Source of the DNA: Piromyces finnis finn
Lineage: Eukaryota > Fungi > Neocallimastigomycota
DNA: 64,000 nt
NCBI GenBank assembly: GCA_002104945.1
Contig: MCFH01000014.1
Coordinates: 806,001-870,000, forward strand
Reading direction: 5' to 3'
Shown: piece by piece, positions 62,200 through 64,000 of the stretch
Numbering within the stretch: the first letter of the stretch is position 1
How the letters are laid out: every line of letters starts with the position of its first letter
Notes under the pieces: model-generated
The model's database searches: none
What the model saw: the letters and a program-made list of their open reading frames with translations, nothing else
Told to the model about the DNA's origin: nothing
Made by a program: the position numbers and the translations under genes

Positions 62200-64000
62200 A
62201 TGGATTACAATTTATTCAAAGGCCCTTCTCTCAATGGATCCAACTTTAACGCCTGGTACAACCGTACCAATAATACTTTGACTGCATTTCAACTTAGTCA
62301 ATATATTGAATCTGACGTCATTAATAATTTAAAGAAAAATAATACTACTCCGGATGTTTTAAACAATGCCAGAATCGAAAATGCCAAAGCACTCGGTATC
62401 ATTTATGGAAGTATAGATGACAACATTCATAACTACCTAAGAGGACTTAATACAGCTTATGAAGTCATGAACAAGTTAACTAAACTGTTTAAACAAGACG
62501 ATGCTGTAAACCTTGAAGCCTGGTTAAATAAGATTAACAATATGAAGGCTAGAAATGAAAAAGAAATTATAAAAACTCTGAGCAATATGATGGAACTTTT
62601 TAGATTAATGGAATCAAATAATTCAAAACTTACCGAAACAGAAAAAATGCGGTACATGTATAACTCATTACCCAGCAATATTAGAAATATTATAATCCTA
62701 TCAAACACTTACAATACTTCATCAGAATTATTCAACTCTATCAAAGAAAGAATTAAAACTATGAACCATGCCGATGAAATAACACCTCCAAAAATATTTA
62801 TAAATAGTGAAGATAAAATGGATATCGATTACCTTGATAAATTTTTCCATAAAAATAAAAATAATAATTTTAGAAAGGATTTTAAACAAAATAAATACTG
62901 CGATATTTGCAAAAAGAATAATCACAATACTGAAAACTGCTACTATAATTCAAAAAATAATAATAATAGAAAATCAAGCCACAATACAAGAAGGTCAAGC
63001 CACAAATCATACCACAATAGTCAATATAATAAATTTAATGGAAAAGTAAACAATATCTCATACGATATTAACAAGCAAAATATTAATAATTACAATGATA
63101 ATTTTACACTAGATGAACTTAGACCGATACTAGAAAAACACAATATAAATTCCATTCAAATAAACAATGGTTTAAATAAGAATATAAATAAATATCATAC
63201 ATGTTGGATATACGATACAGGTGCGTCAGAACATGTTACAAATAATAAAAATATCCTCAAGAATTTTCGCTATAAGAAAATTAAAATGAACTGTGCTAAC
63301 AATACAGTATGCTACTTTGATGGATTCGGTACATACGAAGGATATATAAATAATTATCCGATAAAATTAGCCAACGTATACTATTCTAAACAATTAAACA
63401 AAAATTTAATTAGCGGAATTAAACTTAGTAACTCTGGATTTAAAAGTACTATAAGTCAAGAAAATAATAAACCATATATCATAATTAAATCTCAAGATAA
63501 CAAGAACATTTACAAAACTTTCTCAAACAATGATAATAGCTTTCTTATTCATACTAAAAACAAAGAATTCAATAATAAGCAAATATTCAATATCAATACT
63601 TCAAATTTTAATGAAACATTATGGCATAATCGACTTGCTCATTACTATAATAAAGATCTCAAAAAATATTTAATTGATCACAATATTTCCAAAAATTTTT
63701 GTAATGAATGCAAAGCCAGCAAATTAAAAAGGAAGCCCCACAATAAAATTACTCCTAAAGCTTCCGAAATCAATGAAGTTATCCACTCAGATATTATTGG
63801 CCCACTTACCGAATCTGTTAATAAAAAGAAATATATTCTTACTTTCATTGACGATTTTTCAAGACACTCTTGGATATATCTACTTTCTTCTAAAGCTGAA
63901 GCTCCTAAAATAATTACTGAATTTTTAACCCTTATTAATAACCAATCAAATGATCACAAAGTTAAATATTTCAAAAGTGATAATGGTAAAGAATACACTA
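62200..64000 (+). CDS. gag-pol: Ty1/copia Gag-PR-IN polyprotein, open to the window end (missing from the ORF track)
   Basis: 600 codons without a stop from ATG 62200: CDICKKNNHNTENC, WIYDTGASEH, WHNRLAH..CNEC, IHSDIIGP, FIDDFSR, FKSDNGKEY (copia domain order). Confidence 0.95.
   Translation, partial: MDYNLFKGPSLNGSNFNAWYNRTNNTLTAFQLSQYIESDVINNLKKNNTTPDVLNNARIENAKALGIIYGSIDDNIHNYLRGLNTAYEVMNKLTKLFKQDDAVNLEAWLNKINNMKARNEKEIIKTLSNMMELFRLMESNNSKLTETEKMRYMYNSLPSNIRNIIILSNTYNTSSELFNSIKERIKTMNHADEITPPKIFINSEDKMDIDYLDKFFHKNKNNNFRKDFKQNKYCDICKKNNHNTENCYYNSKNNNNRKSSHNTRRSSHKSYHNSQYNKFNGKVNNISYDINKQNINNYNDNFTLDELRPILEKHNINSIQINNGLNKNINKYHTCWIYDTGASEHVTNNKNILKNFRYKKIKMNCANNTVCYFDGFGTYEGYINNYPIKLANVYYSKQLNKNLISGIKLSNSGFKSTISQENNKPYIIIKSQDNKNIYKTFSNNDNSFLIHTKNKEFNNKQIFNINTSNFNETLWHNRLAHYYNKDLKKYLIDHNISKNFCNECKASKLKRKPHNKITPKASEINEVIHSDIIGPLTESVNKKKYILTFIDDFSRHSWIYLLSSKAEAPKIITEFLTLINNQSNDHKVKYFKSDNGKEYT

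Overview
Extremely AT-rich eukaryotic DNA with no recognisable host protein gene. Composition and element types suggest an anaerobic gut fungus (Neocallimastigomycota), but that is inference. The window is a nested retrotransposon island. It holds two intact chromodomain Ty3/gypsy elements (A 5641-11770 minus, B 21149-27666 plus), an intact tRNA-primed Ty3/gypsy (C 35172-43569) and its split sibling (E 13303-33834 minus, hosting B and a non-autonomous element NA 13985-20329). It also holds a disrupted Ty3/gypsy (M, from 52636), Ty1/copia pieces (11917-13108; open ORF 62200 to window end), a LINE relic, many solo LTRs, and two copies of a tandem tRNA-Gly(UCC)/tRNA-Thr(UGU) pair. Letter names are mine. 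Four observations stand out. (1) A stack of at least 26 kb of TGAT...TCA-type LTR units starts 14 nt upstream of tRNA-Gly, with units separated by 3-5 nt T-rich spacers and divergence increasing away from the tRNA. (2) A second group of LTR families inserts repeatedly 51-52 nt inside those units, i.e. about 65 nt upstream of the tRNA. (3) NA, which has near-identical LTRs but a fossil pol, carries an array of 8 covarying RNA-type hairpins. (4) The chromovirus LTRs contain a tRNA-Gln-like A-box/B-box module, and five elements show Tf1-type self-priming signatures with compensatory changes. All alignments were done by eye; boundaries of old solo LTRs may be off by a few bases.
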